A stretch of 57,771 nt of DNA, filler included, from Sluysia triapertura (taxonomy: Eukaryota), in the NCBI GenBank assembly GCA_046118255.1. It is 4 parts of 4 records of this genome, joined end to end, with 100 filler letters (N's around TTAATTAATTAA, not from the genome) between each part and the next. Parts side by side here need not be neighbours in the genome. Positions count along the whole stretch, not along the records: positions 32,646 to 46,267 come from JBJNIA010028944.1; positions 46,368 to 57,771 come from JBJNIA010185112.1; 2 more parts are not named here. One strand, written 5' to 3'. Of this stretch, positions 37,404-50,800 are shown one piece after another (positions within the stretch are counted from its first letter, which is position 1; each line of letters begins with the position of its first letter). Made by a program: the position numbers and the translations under genes. A model generated the notes under the pieces. It worked only from the letters and a program-made list of their open reading frames with translations, searched no databases and was not told where the DNA came from.

Positions 37404-37867
37404 CAGTGTTTCCCACAAGGGCGCGGACAATTTGAAAATGGACTCGACACAACTTTAACCCTTTCGCTCCGGGCCATTTAAAAGCAATGCTAAAAATCGG
37501 TACCAGATTTAACAAAAAAAGCAAATTCTTAAATAATTATCAGATATAATTTCGTTTGACGAGACCAAAAAACCAAATTGGAACCCAATATAAAATCTCT
37601 CTGCAGCAAGCATCAAGCGCAAGGATCTCACTAAATTAAAATAACAAATTAATATAGAAAAATCATTATTAAAATTATTTGGAATTTGAATTTCAGTTTT
37701 TCATTATATGTTTTGAAATTTTAATTACTGTTAACAATTTGATAGTGATTTATTCCTAGAATCAACCATTTATATTTCTTAAGTAAACAAATCAATTTTT
37801 TAATGTTAAATATTAACTTTAGTAAGGTTAAAGTTGGGCATGGCACAAAAGTGGTTGGGAAACACTG
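37404..37867. mobile_element. hAT (Charlie-like) MITE
   Basis: Perfect 12-bp TIR CAGTGTTTCCCA / TGGGAAACACTG. The 8-bp flanks (CTCTAAGT / TTTTATAT) match at only 4 of 8 positions. Confidence 0.75.
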
Positions 37868-37924
37868 TTTTATATAGTGTATGAGTTAACCCACCACCAT
37901 ACACTTACGTGTTGCGGCTGGTCC

Positions 37925-38080
37925 GGAGGATTTTATAGGTATTAAGATATCTTTGAACTTGAGAGCCTTAAGGTCACCTGAAACTATATTAACCTTTAAG
38001 TATTCTTGAAACCTTTAAGATCTTCGAGTAATATTAAAGTGTTTACAATCTCTAAAATAGTTGAAAAATAAAATCATTGG
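37925..38080 (+). repeat. Partial copy of the ~290-bp dispersed repeat
   Basis: Shares GGTATTA..TATCTTTGAACTT, ACCTTTAAGTA..TTGAAACCTT and AAATAAAATCA with the 48730-49030 copy. Confidence 0.7.
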
Positions 38081-41000
38081 TATTGGTATTAAGAATAAAC
38101 CTAGCAGAGTAATAATTAATACGAAGAACTAGAAAAGGAATCAGAGAGGGGGAGGAAATTTTAATATTAGTTAGTTTTGCGAGTGACACCTTGCCCAATT
38201 TTTTTAATATTTTGAGTTAATTATTTGATTTTTAGCTATTTTAAGTTAACTTTGTGAGATAGACTCTGCCAATTTATTTTTTAAATGTTTGATTTCGATT
38301 TTTGTTGTGCAATATGTGGGAATAATATTTTTGTTGCGTCACCTCTGGTTTTCTTTTTGTGATGGTTATTGTTAACTTTCTTTTAACCGTTTTATTATTT
38401 GTAGTTGTCTTATTTACATTACTGTTAAAGCGGAGATTTACTGTAATAATTTGTATTTAAATTTTTTGTAATTATTGTCAAAATTACTTTTTATACTTTA
38501 TTGTGTTACAATATTTTATTTTGTAGATATTAATTTTAATTTTGTATAAATATTATCTTTATTATAATTAAGCAAATAAATTAAATTTATAAAATTAAAA
38601 GAAGAAATTTAATAAATTAAAAAAAGTATGAAATTTAAATAAAATTTGAAAAAATAAAATTTAAATTAATTAATAAAAGATAATTTATTTTAAACAATTA
38701 TTTTGTAATAATGGCTGAAAAACAACGTGGATGACTACAAATAGGTTAGCACATTTCTAAAATCCAAAACAAAAATTTTTAAGGTTTAGGTATTTTTTAC
38801 CGAAAATTGTGGAACATATTGATTTTCAGAAGAATTTTTTTATCCATGGAAAAGTAAATTTATTTTATTAAGATCTAATCATCAATATAGGGAATCATAA
38901 AATCACACGTAAAATAATTTTTATTTCATCCATCATCTTAAAAAGAGTTGCGAAATTTCATCATAAATTTTCATTACAATCAACCGAGGTTGAATTGTAT
39001 AATATAAAATTATTGTTATTATAATTATTGTTTTTTGTGTAATTTTTAGTGTGAGTAATTTTTTTAATAAACCTTAGTGAGTTAGGTTTCATTAATTTTA
39101 TAGGCTAAATTAACTTTTTAATAAACTAATTTTTTAAATGAAGACTTTAAGAATGGTTGCGCAATTTACTAAAATATTATTAATTTTAAAGCAACACCTT
39201 AATACGTAATTATAAAATATATAATTAATTAATCTGTTAAGATATAAACGAAATTGTAAGTGTTAATGCTTAACGAAGTATTAAAAATCCTAATAATACG
39301 TCTCCAATAGTGGTTTAAATCGTATATATTAGGCGAACCGATTCCTTAGATATTTTGTAAGTAAGATTAAGTTTTTAAAAAGAAATACTTGCATTACTAT
39401 AATAATGAGTTTTGTTGTTAATTTGAATTAAGGAATCTAACTTCTGTTGGGTTTGAATAGTTACCCTTATCGTTACCGTAACAATTTAAATTTTTTTGAT
39501 AAGTAATGAAAAAATTAGGATTCCGTTTAAGTAAATTAAACTTATAGTGATTATTGTTATCGGTCATTTCAGAGACGCAGCAAATTTACTAAATTGGGTT
39601 CTCTGACAATAAAGATCTTGTAAATGATATTAATTTAAATTTTACTTCTTAATTAATTTATATTTTATTTTGGCTTTCTTTATAACTCAGACCTTAAAGA
39701 TTACTTTCTAATGATTTTATAAAGGTTTTATAATGATTTTATAAACAGAACCATCAAGATTATATGTTTTATTTTGAGTTTTTTTGAAATTAAAACTTAA
39801 AGTTTATTTTATATATTTTACTCTGGTTCCTTTTTAAACGAAACCTTAAAGATTAATTCTTTATAAGTTTATCAAAATTTAGAAATAACTAGGACAAAAA
39901 TTATTTTAACCCAAGTTAAAATATTCAATTAATTAGGAATGTTTATTAATTAAAAACGTAATAAATATCGGTTAATCAAATACACAAAAAATTAATACAA
40001 ATTAATGTCAACGAATAAAAATTACAAGTAATTAATACGTATGAAATGGTGTAGTAAGAACACTTTTATCAAGATTATTCTTGTTGGAATAATCTTTTTG
40101 GTTACTCAGCTCTCTCAAGAAACAGTAGCTGTAAAAATGAAACTTTAAAAGATTACTCTATATTTTACTTGTCAATTATAATGAAAAATTGCTATACTTA
40201 TTAAATAAAACTAACGATACTGAAAAAGCTCCTCTTGTGAAAGATTCAAATAAATTAGAGTCAATGTTAATATAATTAAGATAGACGTCGAAGAAATATA
40301 ATTAAAAATTCTCGAAAATGCAACTGTTGAAGATTTATAAAAATCTTATGTGTACTTGTGTGTTGTCAATATTTTTTGTTCAGCTATTTACAGTATAACT
40401 TTGACCTTAAAGGTCTAAATAGCTATTAAAACTAGATTAAAAATTGAAACTAAATTAGTAATTTTTAGTTCTTTAATAATTTTTTGCACTTTAAAATAAT
40501 TTTAATCATTGTATTATATTTTATAATACTTCAATAAAATATTAATATTTTATACATTCCAGTAAAAATTATCGTATACGTATACATAACACATCTTCTA
40601 TTTTGCAAAAATATTAAAATTCTATTTTCTTAAATAATTTCTTTAATATTTTCTTAAATATTAAAATATTTATTAAAATCATGCTTATATTTTCCATCTT
40701 CACAATAAAATGAAATTGAAAACAAAGTCTTACAATATAATTTTAAAAGTAGACTGTATAAATAAACATTAATTTAAGAAAACTGAAGTTTTCTTCAAAA
40801 TTTTAACTTCCAACGCTAATAGTATAACTTTATATTTGATAATATTAACATTAATAGTAATCTTGTAATATAATATGCTCAATAATTACCAATTATGTCC
40901 ACTTTAATCTCTTCGCTTGCGTAAACTTCACGTGTGATAATTTTCATCATCTTATTCTTTTATCATTTGAATTACCATTTTGTGTCATTGTACTATTAAT

Positions 41001-41521
41001 TTAGTTTGAGATTTGCGTTGGGAAAAAATCCATTTTAAATCGAGTTACTGTATTAGTTGTGTTAAACAATTTGCTAATAATAGTTAAATTGCTTGTTTTA
41101 TTTGATTAATTTTTTGGGATACAAAATATCATTTCCATTATAATAATAATATAATATAATATAGTATAGTATTTTTCCTAATTAAACCTTAGTGGGCAAG
41201 AATTTAATGTAATTTATAATTGTAAAGACTTTAAAATTAAAATTAATTAATAAAATTGTACCTCTTCTGAGATACAATTTAATAACTAACCTCACTGAGT
41301 TAGAGTTTCATCAAACCGTTTATCGCTATTTAACTTAATCGTTTTTGCGATAAGATATTCATTTTAATAAAATAAATTTTGTTTTAACTAGTAAAGTTAA
41401 ATATAGTTTAAAAAATTAAATGTTTGAAAAATTACTGGAAACTAACCCTCAAGGTAATAAAACTGTTGGGATATAGGCCTAAGGTGTTACTTGCTATGGT
41501 TAGCTTTTCTATTCTAAAAAT

Positions 41522-41619
41522 TGTTAGACGGGGCTGATGACTCAGTGGTAGATCATCGAACTGCGCAGCGAGAGGTCACGGATTCGATCCCCGGTCAGTC
41601 CATTTTACGAAGTCTAACA
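41522..41619 (+). mobile_element. tRNA-derived element with inverted termini (copy 3, full length)
   Basis: TGTTAGAC-GGGGCTGATGACTCAGTGGTAGATC...GATTCGATCCCCGGTCAGTCCA-TTTTACGAA-GTCTAACA. Confidence 0.88.
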
Positions 41620-42232
41620 AAACTGTATAAAATTTTATTACACTATTACAAACATAATCTTTTTTATTATTTATTATTATAATTATTATTTTACTGAATA
41701 AATTGCGTAGCTAATACTTAGTCATTATACTTTCTTAAACACAAATTGAATAAATTAATTGCAATTTTAAATTATTACGTAAAGTTTGGATAATATAATG
41801 TTTGATTACCAGAAAATTTTTGATGAATAAATTATTGTTCAACTCGAGTTATTCAATAAATATAATATAATTTGCGCATATTTAAATGGAAATTATAAAA
41901 TCAATAATGTAATAAGTGTGACTAGAAATTGTGCTTAATATTATATATAAATGAAACATCTAAATTATGAATGTTTTTAAAAACGAATGTGATAATAACA
42001 TCATATTTTATGTAGACTATACATTCGATTAACGAAATTGTTTTAATACTTCATTATGCTTAATAAATTTTGACCTTGACAAAAAATGTTAATCTGTCTT
42101 TATGAAGCTTTTTTTAATATTTCAAATTAACATAATTTTATATTTCATATTACAAATTCATTAATTTTGTGTTTTCTTTTAATTTGTTGTTTACGTTTAA
42201 TTGATATAATATTGCAGATAAATTTCTTTTCT

Positions 42233-43906
42233 ATGATAAGTCTTGAAGAACGAGTTATTTTAGAAAGGAGATTGCGTTCTCCTGCTGAAGTAATATATTA
42301 TTTGCTATGATTAATTTGTAGATTACTTCAATGAGTTTAGACAACTCTAAAGCTAGAAAAATAGAAGGCATTACTGATGAATATGTTAATTTACAAGAAT
42401 TATCTCTTATAAATATTGGCTTAATAACATTAGATGGATTTCCAGTTCTGGAAAGACTTATTACTGTAAATCTTATTGTATTATTATTATGCATTTTTTT
42501 AGTTAGATTTGAGTGGAAATAAAATATCAGATTCTTTAGATAATATTTCCAGATGTTGTCCTAATTTAAAAAATCTAAATTTATCTAACAATAGACTAAG
42601 TAATTTTTCGGAATTAGTGCCTTTGTCTGAATTGAAAAAATTGGAATCGTTAGAAATCTTCAATAATATATTTAACGAAGAAGTTGAAATAATACGAATA
42701 AAGATATTTGATCTTATACCATGGTTAATTAATCTTGATGGTTACGATAAGTAATTTATTTTTGCTTTATTTTATCATATTAGATATGAGGAAATCGAAG
42801 CATCGGAAACAGATACTTATGATTCTAATGAATATTCGAGTGATGTTGAGAAAAAATCCTACGATGAATATGGTATGTATTTTACGTAAACATTATTTAA
42901 TAATACTAAAAGATATTAAAAAAAGTGTTCATAAATTTGTATATCTATTTCATGGACTTTAGCTTTTTGAACTTTATAGTTGATAAATAAAACAATGATT
43001 ATTTGTAATCTGTCGTTATATTTTATTCTATGTTAAATTTTTTGTTTTTTGTAAATCAAATGTGTAATCTTACACCGATTTCAATGAAATCACATTTCTT
43101 TAATATTGAATGTTTTATTCAAAAATGAGTTTCTTGAAAATATTCTGAATTAAATTAAACCATTTTTATTAAAAAGCATAATTTATGTAAGGCTTTGCAT
43201 TATTAAAATCGGTTATTAAAGCATGTAGTATCAGTGTTATATTTTACATAATCCATTTAAATTAATATAAAAATGAAATATAGTCAATAAAAACATGAAA
43301 AATTTTCGGTTCAATTTTATTCTATATTCAACTGTATTACTATATTTGAATATGCAATTATTAGGAACTTCTTTTAAAATTTATACATTATTAGGCTATG
43401 CAAATTCTGATGACAATGATTATGAAGGAGAAACTAAGTGTCATTTAAGTTCACAATCTAAAACCGGAAAATCTAAAGTAAAAATGCGTGTTTCAACTCT
43501 TGATGATAATGATTATCGGGATATCGACGAAAAAACAGAAGAAAGTATTAACGATAGTCGTAGTGATTCTGTACCTAATGCGGTTACGCAAGAAGACATG
43601 TCAGCATATGAATTAATTGGAGATTATAATTCTGAATATGTTGATAATTCTGGCGATCCTGTAGCAAATGGCCCTGATTCTGATGTGTTACAATTGATTT
43701 ATTCAGATGAGTGTGTTGATGAACATGATTATACAATTGTATATGACGATTTAATTGATTATAATATTATTAATGCTTCAGAACAGGCATCTCCAACTGT
43801 TCAACAGAAGCAGCCTCGTAAAAGACCTAAATTAAATGATCATAACTTTCAGTCGAAGGTTTTTATTGGAGATGTTGATCAGGTATTCTCACAACAGAAT
43901 TTTTAA
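42233..43906 (+). CDS. ANP32: Acidic leucine-rich nuclear phosphoprotein 32 family gene; exons 42233-42289, 42322-42465, 42503-42750, 42784-42872, 43395-43906
   Basis: Spliced translation MISLEERVILERRLRSPAE|ITSMSLDNSKARKIEGITDEYVNLQELSLIN..|LDLSGNKI..CPNLKNLNLSNN..LDGYD, then an acidic tail and NLS-like PRKRPK. All four introns are GT-AG with consistent phases. Confidence 0.93.
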
Positions 43907-46267
43907 TGGTGTTTTGATATTAATTTTGTAAGAATAATTTTATAGTAAAGTAACAAAAAATAAAATTTTAAATAAAACAATCTAATATATCTTAATAGTC
44001 TTGATTGTTTTTAAGTAAAGACTTTTAAAAGTTCTGAAAATTTAAAATACTCTTAAATTAAGAAACAGATACAATTATCAAATGGAGGTTACGGATTATA
44101 TTCGGAAGAAAAAGAATAACAATTTTATTAAAATAGAAATACAAAATAAATTATAATATAGTTAAATCAGTATTAAGAAAATTAATATGTAGATGAACTT
44201 GCTCATGTTATCATGATATGGATCATTTGTGATTTTAGTTATAGAAAAGAATTGATCATACAATAAAATTTAACTATAAAGAAAAATAATATAATTGTAT
44301 TTAGGAATTTATATTAATCTTTAATCTTAGTTAACAATTTATTTGGTTTTAATGAAATACTTAAATTTTGTCAACTATTTATTTCCACAAGTCAAACATT
44401 TTTGGCAAAATAACTGATTAACATGTTGAATGCCATGGAAATCACCGGATATTAGAAACATACTGAGAAATTCATTTTACATGATGGGCAAGTCATGTAA
44501 AATCAGAGTGGAATTCAACGCGTTAAATTAAATGTATCTATTTAAATTTTTCAGGAAACAATTTTGATCATAAATATTGGTGTTTGAGCATATTTTTGTT
44601 ACAGAGTTTAATCTGTTTATTAATGCAGAAATTACAGACTTCAAATTATTTTAACTATTAAAATTTTTCCTTTCATTTGTGCCATCAACGACAGTTCAGA
44701 ACTTAGCTCAATGACGTTACGACTAATTATAAATCGATTTAATTACCTATCGTATTTTAGCGTTAGTGGTAATTCAAGTAATCCTAATATGATGATAAAA
44801 TGCTACGAATTAGGTTAAATTCTAGTTTTGCATCGTATTAAAAATAAAATTTTAAGTACAAATATTAAATAATAATAAATATTAAAGTAATAAAACCTTG
44901 AAACTTATTGCTAATGAACGCTCAATGCGAGGATATCTGATGCGTAAATAAGCACTTTACAATCTTCATTATACATTCAGTTTCATATGTTTACTTACCT
45001 AATGCATTAAGTTCTTTAGTTGAGACAGTTTTATTTAATTAAAACATTTTTAACTTAGGCTTGCAAGTCTACTTTTACAAATTATCAAAAAGATAAATAA
45101 ATTATAAGTGACTTATGACTAGATAAAGAGAATACATATGTTAGAACAAAAAGTAAAAATTAAAATTAATTTAATGAATTGAAATACAATAGGGCTAAAA
45201 TGTATAATTTAAGATCTGCATTTGAATTTTGGAAATAATGCAAAACTTATTGCAGAATATGAAGGAGCGGATCTTTGGGTTTTACCCAAAAGGAAAGATG
45301 CTTAACAAATTCTTTCACATTTAATGAACATTCATCAAATGAATTTAAGTATATTAGGATTGAAGAAAATATAATCGGCAAATGTTGAAAGCTTCTTTTA
45401 TAAAGAACATTGTGTTGAAGACAATATATTTAAATAAGCAATTATTTAGGGATAATGCAAGAAAAAATAGTATATGATTATGCCTAACACACTCATCTAA
45501 AATGAGAAGATAAAAAGAAAAAATTTATTAAAACTCGAGAAAATTTGTTAAAAGAATACAAATATCTCCATGTCATTACTGCATCAAATGCTCATTAGAA
45601 AAAGTAAGAAATATAAAAATAATTATTTATAAATAATAAAAATATATACTTTGCGATAAAAAGGAGTAGAATTCATTCAGTATGGGTAAATTTAATTAAA
45701 AATAAAATAAAGTGCACCAAATAATGTAGGCAAGATAAATTTAATGTATCAACGCCTCAGGACAATAGCAATCATGTATCTGGAAAAATGAGATTTAAAC
45801 TTCAACGGAATAATACAGAAATATCTTGAACTTATAAATCACATGAAAATTTTACGAAACAACTTTACAGACTGCCATGATTTACAGAAAGGAACCTCCG
45901 AAATTTACATGATATAAATTGAAGTGGGCAGGTTTCTTCAAAAATTCGCAACCAAATTATTATAACGAACACGAAAATAGTTGATTACAAAATTACCAAA
46001 CATAGAGCTAAATAGATAATAAAATTTTCAGAGTCAAATAAATTGTAAACTAAAATTAATATTCTTGCTGTGCATAATATTTTCCACTAATATTATTCAA
46101 TATCCAAATATTCATCAATTCTATAATAATATAATTTATTTATAGATTCACATGCAATCATTTAGTAGTTATTTGTTGGTCTGTATTAGTTTGTGTTTTA
46201 ATAAAATCAGAGGTTTGTTCTCATTCGTAACAATTTCTACTTGATAATTAAGTGCGGTGAATGTCAT

Positions 46268-46367
46268 NNNNNNNNNNNNNNNNNNNNNNNNNNNNNNNNN
46301 NNNNNNNNNNNTTAATTAATTAANNNNNNNNNNNNNNNNNNNNNNNNNNNNNNNNNNNNNNNNNNNN
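46268..46367. other. Artificial contig spacer
   Basis: 44N-TTAATTAATTAA-44N. Confidence 0.97.
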
Positions 46368-46857
46368 TTATTTGTAACTAAAAGTTAAATTATTTTCATT
46401 TTATTGTAAAATTATTATTGCTTGTCAGGAAATGAAATACTAAAGACATGCTTAACTTAATCGTAGAAAATAAAACATTTATTATGTAGACTACATCCTT
46501 TTTTTAATTTAATACAAAGAATTGCATGTTTATCAATATTTACAATATTATCCTATTCCCAATAATAAGTCAAATTCATGTTCATTTTGAAGTTATCATT
46601 AAATATATTTATCGTAGAATAAATTTATCAAATAAAAATAAATTAAAAAGTGCTTTTTATTGTTATGTATTCCATTAAAATTTTTGTCTTTACCATTTGT
46701 AATTTTCTTTTATATTATTATTATATTATTATTATTATTATTTTATTAACCTTTTTTACTATTTGTCTATTTTATTATTATTTATTTTATACGAATGTTT
46801 AATTTTATTATTAATTTTGTTTTAATACTCGTCAAATATTGAATTTTTTAAAAATTT

Positions 46858-48412
46858 ATGCTTATGTTCTTTATGCTCCAGCAGTCCATGTATATGAATA
46901 AGTACAAAAGGAAGAATTTAAGAAACGAGCTATCAATTTCTCCTAAAGCAAATTTTGGTGATTTAAATAAACCAACTTCTCCCGTTGAAAATAAAACTAC
47001 CAAAGTAAATGAAAATAAAATGAATTTAAAGAAAACAGAAAGACTTCAAGAAAACAATCATAAAGCTGATGGTAAGACAATCAGAATTTATTTATGAAAT
47101 ATTTATTTAGGTGTTAGCATCATTTCCGTAACAATTTTAAAAGCAATTTGTTTAGAGTCTTGGAATAATATCGCTGCACATCTTTATAAACGGAGTAACG
47201 AAGTTGATTTTGGTCAGACCATGCGACTTTTCCGTGTACTAATGTTGACCAGATTTAGACGAATTGTTGTTTCAACGGCGGTGGAACTTACAGAGGCTCT
47301 GGCAGGCAAAATTGATCAACATCAAGTTGTACGCGAATCCATGATAGATACAGATACCATAGACTTACATAAAGACTGTAAAATTGTCGATAATATTACG
47401 ACCAAAAAAGTAAGCGACTTCAAAAGAGATGCTAAAAGCGTAATCGATTTAAAGACATATGTTGAAACGTTAGATAAATTTAAGACATATGTTGAAACGT
47501 TAGATAAATTTAAGACATATGTTGAAACGTTAGATAAATTTAAGACATATGTTGAAATGTTAGATAAATTAAAGACATATGTTGAGACATTGATTGATTT
47601 AAAGACTTTTGTTGAAACGTTAGATAAAATAAAAACATATGTTGAAACATTAATCGATTTACAGACATGTTGAAACGTTAGATAAATCAAAGAAATATGT
47701 TGAGGCATTAATTGATTTAAAGACTTTTGTTGAAACGTCAGATAAATTAAAGACATATGTCGAAAGTTTAAATTACTTAACTAGATATGACGGAAGTTTA
47801 AATAAATTTATTGAACATACTAATAGTCCTAACTTGTACAAAAATATGACAGAATATTTAGCTTATCTAGCTCATTTGCATCTTGGAGACATATTCTGTA
47901 TTTCCATTAGAGACTTGGGTGAACGAACGGACGTCTCCGAATGGATTTGGAAAGATCTCAACACACTCTTTTGGTTTACTGGATTTACGTCTGGTTCAAT
48001 GAAGCAGGATCATCAGAGAACATTTCCCGTCATCGAGATTCATAAATCGTTAGACTATATAACGTTTTTATTGATTGTCTATACTTTTCAAAATTCTGAC
48101 ATTTTTAAATTCATAACATTTATCAAGACCTTTTTAAAAATGGACACTATTCTTATATGTGATGCTTTTGTTATGACTTTTTATATGTTTCGTAAATTTA
48201 AAATCAAATACATGCATTCACTTAGTTATATTTCATTTAAATTTTTTAATAGAGACAATTTAAATTATTATAATATTTTGAAAGACCTTAAGTCTTATTT
48301 TGCCCTAAATATAATTATAAATCTAAATCTTAAATATTTCGTAAGCATACCCCGGTCATTACACATGTCACATTCAATTCATTCTAAGTATAAAAAATTC
48401 AACATTCCATAA
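46858..48412 (+). CDS. Hypothetical gene or pseudogene containing a 10-aa tandem repeat
   Basis: Co-oriented ORFs 46858..47097, 47221..47673 and 47834..48412; candidate 40-nt intron GTAAGA..TTTAG near 47072-47110; frameshift inside the repeat. Confidence 0.45.
47452..47779 (+). repeat. 30-bp minisatellite (~11 units, AAGACATATGTTGAAACGTTAGATAAATTT; encodes KTYVETLDKF)
   Basis: Directly visible; the first three units are identical. Confidence 0.95.
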
Positions 48413-48729
48413 TTAAGAATTAATTAAATTTTGACTTTTCTAAATATTATGGCTTTCCTTTCATGAACCATACCTTCATATAAATTTCTTTTCAAAACAA
48501 ATATATACCAGTTTCAAACGTTATTCACAAATCGGTCCTTTTTCTTAGTTAAGATTTTAGACTTCATTTTATTTTATGTTTAAAGGTTTTATTAAGGTTC
48601 TAAAACAATTTAGTACGTCATCAGTCATTCAGGAGGCTCTGTATGCTTTCACCTTCATCAATCTGATTCTTTTTCTGCTTATTTATGTTAATGACTACCT
48701 TACAAAACTTATCTTTAATATTAGTAACA

Positions 48730-49030
48730 GTGATTTTATTTCTTAAATATTTTAAAGACTTGAGCTACTTTATTAAAAGATCTTAAATGCTTAACAAGGT
48801 TTCAACATTACTTAAAGGTCAATGAGGTCTTAAATTATCTCAAGGTTCAGAAGTTCAAAGATACTCTAATACCTTTAAAGTTTTTCCAAGTCCATCTCAA
48901 GCTTCCGCATGGTCTCAACACCTTATATAGGTCTTTGGAATACAAAGGTTTTCTTCAGCTGTCAACATTATTATAAATGTTTCAATCTTCATGAATCTTA
49001 CTCCAACAGTGTTTGTAATGTTCTATCCAT
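48730..49030 (-). repeat. ~290-bp dispersed repeat (inverted copy)
   Basis: Reverse complement aligns with 7805-8085. Confidence 0.8.
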
Positions 49031-49964
49031 CACTTTGTATTGAATAATACTGCATCTTTATAATTCCACGTGTTTCTTACTCTCTTCTTATTCAACAATT
49101 GGACAATCCCAACATTACTAATAAAGACAAAAATTCTAAAGCTTTGATTTTTTCTATTTCAGAAACTTTTTCATTTATTGACAAATCGCTAAAATCGCAA
49201 AACGACTAAGTCAAAATTCAAAGCTATGACATTTAACACGATAAGTCAATGGCCAAATTTATTCAATATCTTAACATTTCTACTGAACTTTTAAATAAAA
49301 TCGACATCGAAAATAAAAACAATCCTATAAAAACTGAGATTGTAAAATGTGCCATTAATCCTACGAATATAGCTGGAAATGAAAGTAAATACTCAGATAC
49401 TAACTACGACCTTCAGGATTAATTAAATGTTGCAATCCATCAATTTTAAAAGAATTTTGTTATTCTTTAGTAAGGACTTTATAAAATTTGTGTAATATTA
49501 AAATATAAGAACTTCAGAAAATAGTATAAATGGTTTTAAAATAATGACACATTAGACATTTTATAACTTTTTAGCATCTAAATTATTAAAATATTAAATC
49601 TTTATCTAAAAAATTCAAAATTATCAGACTTTAATTTTTTCGAAAAAATAATGTAATAAATTTTTATTATTACATTATTAACCTTTAACATATAAATAAC
49701 AATAACAAATATAAAATATGCTTTATTGTTATTAATTTTTACAAATAATTAACATATTTGTAAATGGAAACTATTGTTTTAATGACAATAGTGAATGAAA
49801 AATAGAAAATATAGCTTTACTATAAAATTATTATTAATTTAAATTAACAAAATTAAAAATAAAACATGAAATTTTAGTCAAATATTATAAATATAAAAAT
49901 CTTTATATGAACCTGGTTTTGGTCATTCAGTAATGAATTGATTTATGTCACTGACTAGTTAGTA

Positions 49965-50800
49965 CAGTCAACCCTGTTCAATATGAGCCTTGCTTAATAT
50001 GAACAGAGTTTAATATGAACATTTAAGTCACAAATTATTGAAAACCATATGGTTTTCATGGAAAATTAAGTCTTATAATATGAACATTTTTTATTTTGAA
50101 CAATGAACAATAAATAATCTAAAATAAATTAATAACTTCTTCATTTTTGTTTAAATATTCATTTTTAACTGTCTTTTAAGAATATGACAAATACAAATAC
50201 AAAACGAAAGAGAAACAGAAATTGTTGAAATTATTTGTTGAAGATAAAGGTCGTTCTCAACGCTTTCTTTCATCAAAATACAATCTTTCATTAGGTTGTA
50301 TAAATAATCTTATGAAATCTTGAGATTCAATTTTGAAGTCAAACTTGAATACCAAACAGAAAAGAAAACCACATTTACGTAGTGGATTTCAAGTTGATGT
50401 CATTCTTTATGAATTGTTCCAGATTCAGAGAACAAGAAATATCAGTATCAGTGGTGATATATTGTAACAGAAGGCATTAGAATAATCACAGCACTTAGGA
50501 AATTATCATTTTAAAGCATAAAACTGTTGGCTTAATTCTTTTCTTTCCAGGCATATGATATCATCCAAAAGAATTACTGGATAATCAAAAACCGTCAATG
50601 AAAGGTATATTTGAGGGAATTGTACATATCAAAGTTAAAAGAATAAGAAGATAAAAATGTTTATAATTGTGACGAAATCGGACAATTCTGGAAATGTTAA
50701 TTAAACAGAACATATACAATTTCTAAAGAGGATAAGGCAAATAGTAAATTTTCTAAAGATCGAATTACTATACTTTTGGGAGTAAATATGTTAAGAGAAA
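49965..50800 (+). mobile_element. 3'-truncated Tigger/pogo (TIGD4/6-like) transposon relic
   Basis: TA|CAGTCAACCCTG left TIR with AATATGAAC subterminal repeats. Decayed ORF from ~50184: SQRFLSSKYNLSLGCINNL, ISISGDIL*QKAL, VYNCDEIGQFWK, SKDRITILLGVNM. Confidence 0.88.

Noticed and set aside
47452-47779. CRISPR array
   Set aside because: Head-to-tail repeats without unique spacers, no cas genes, eukaryotic context.
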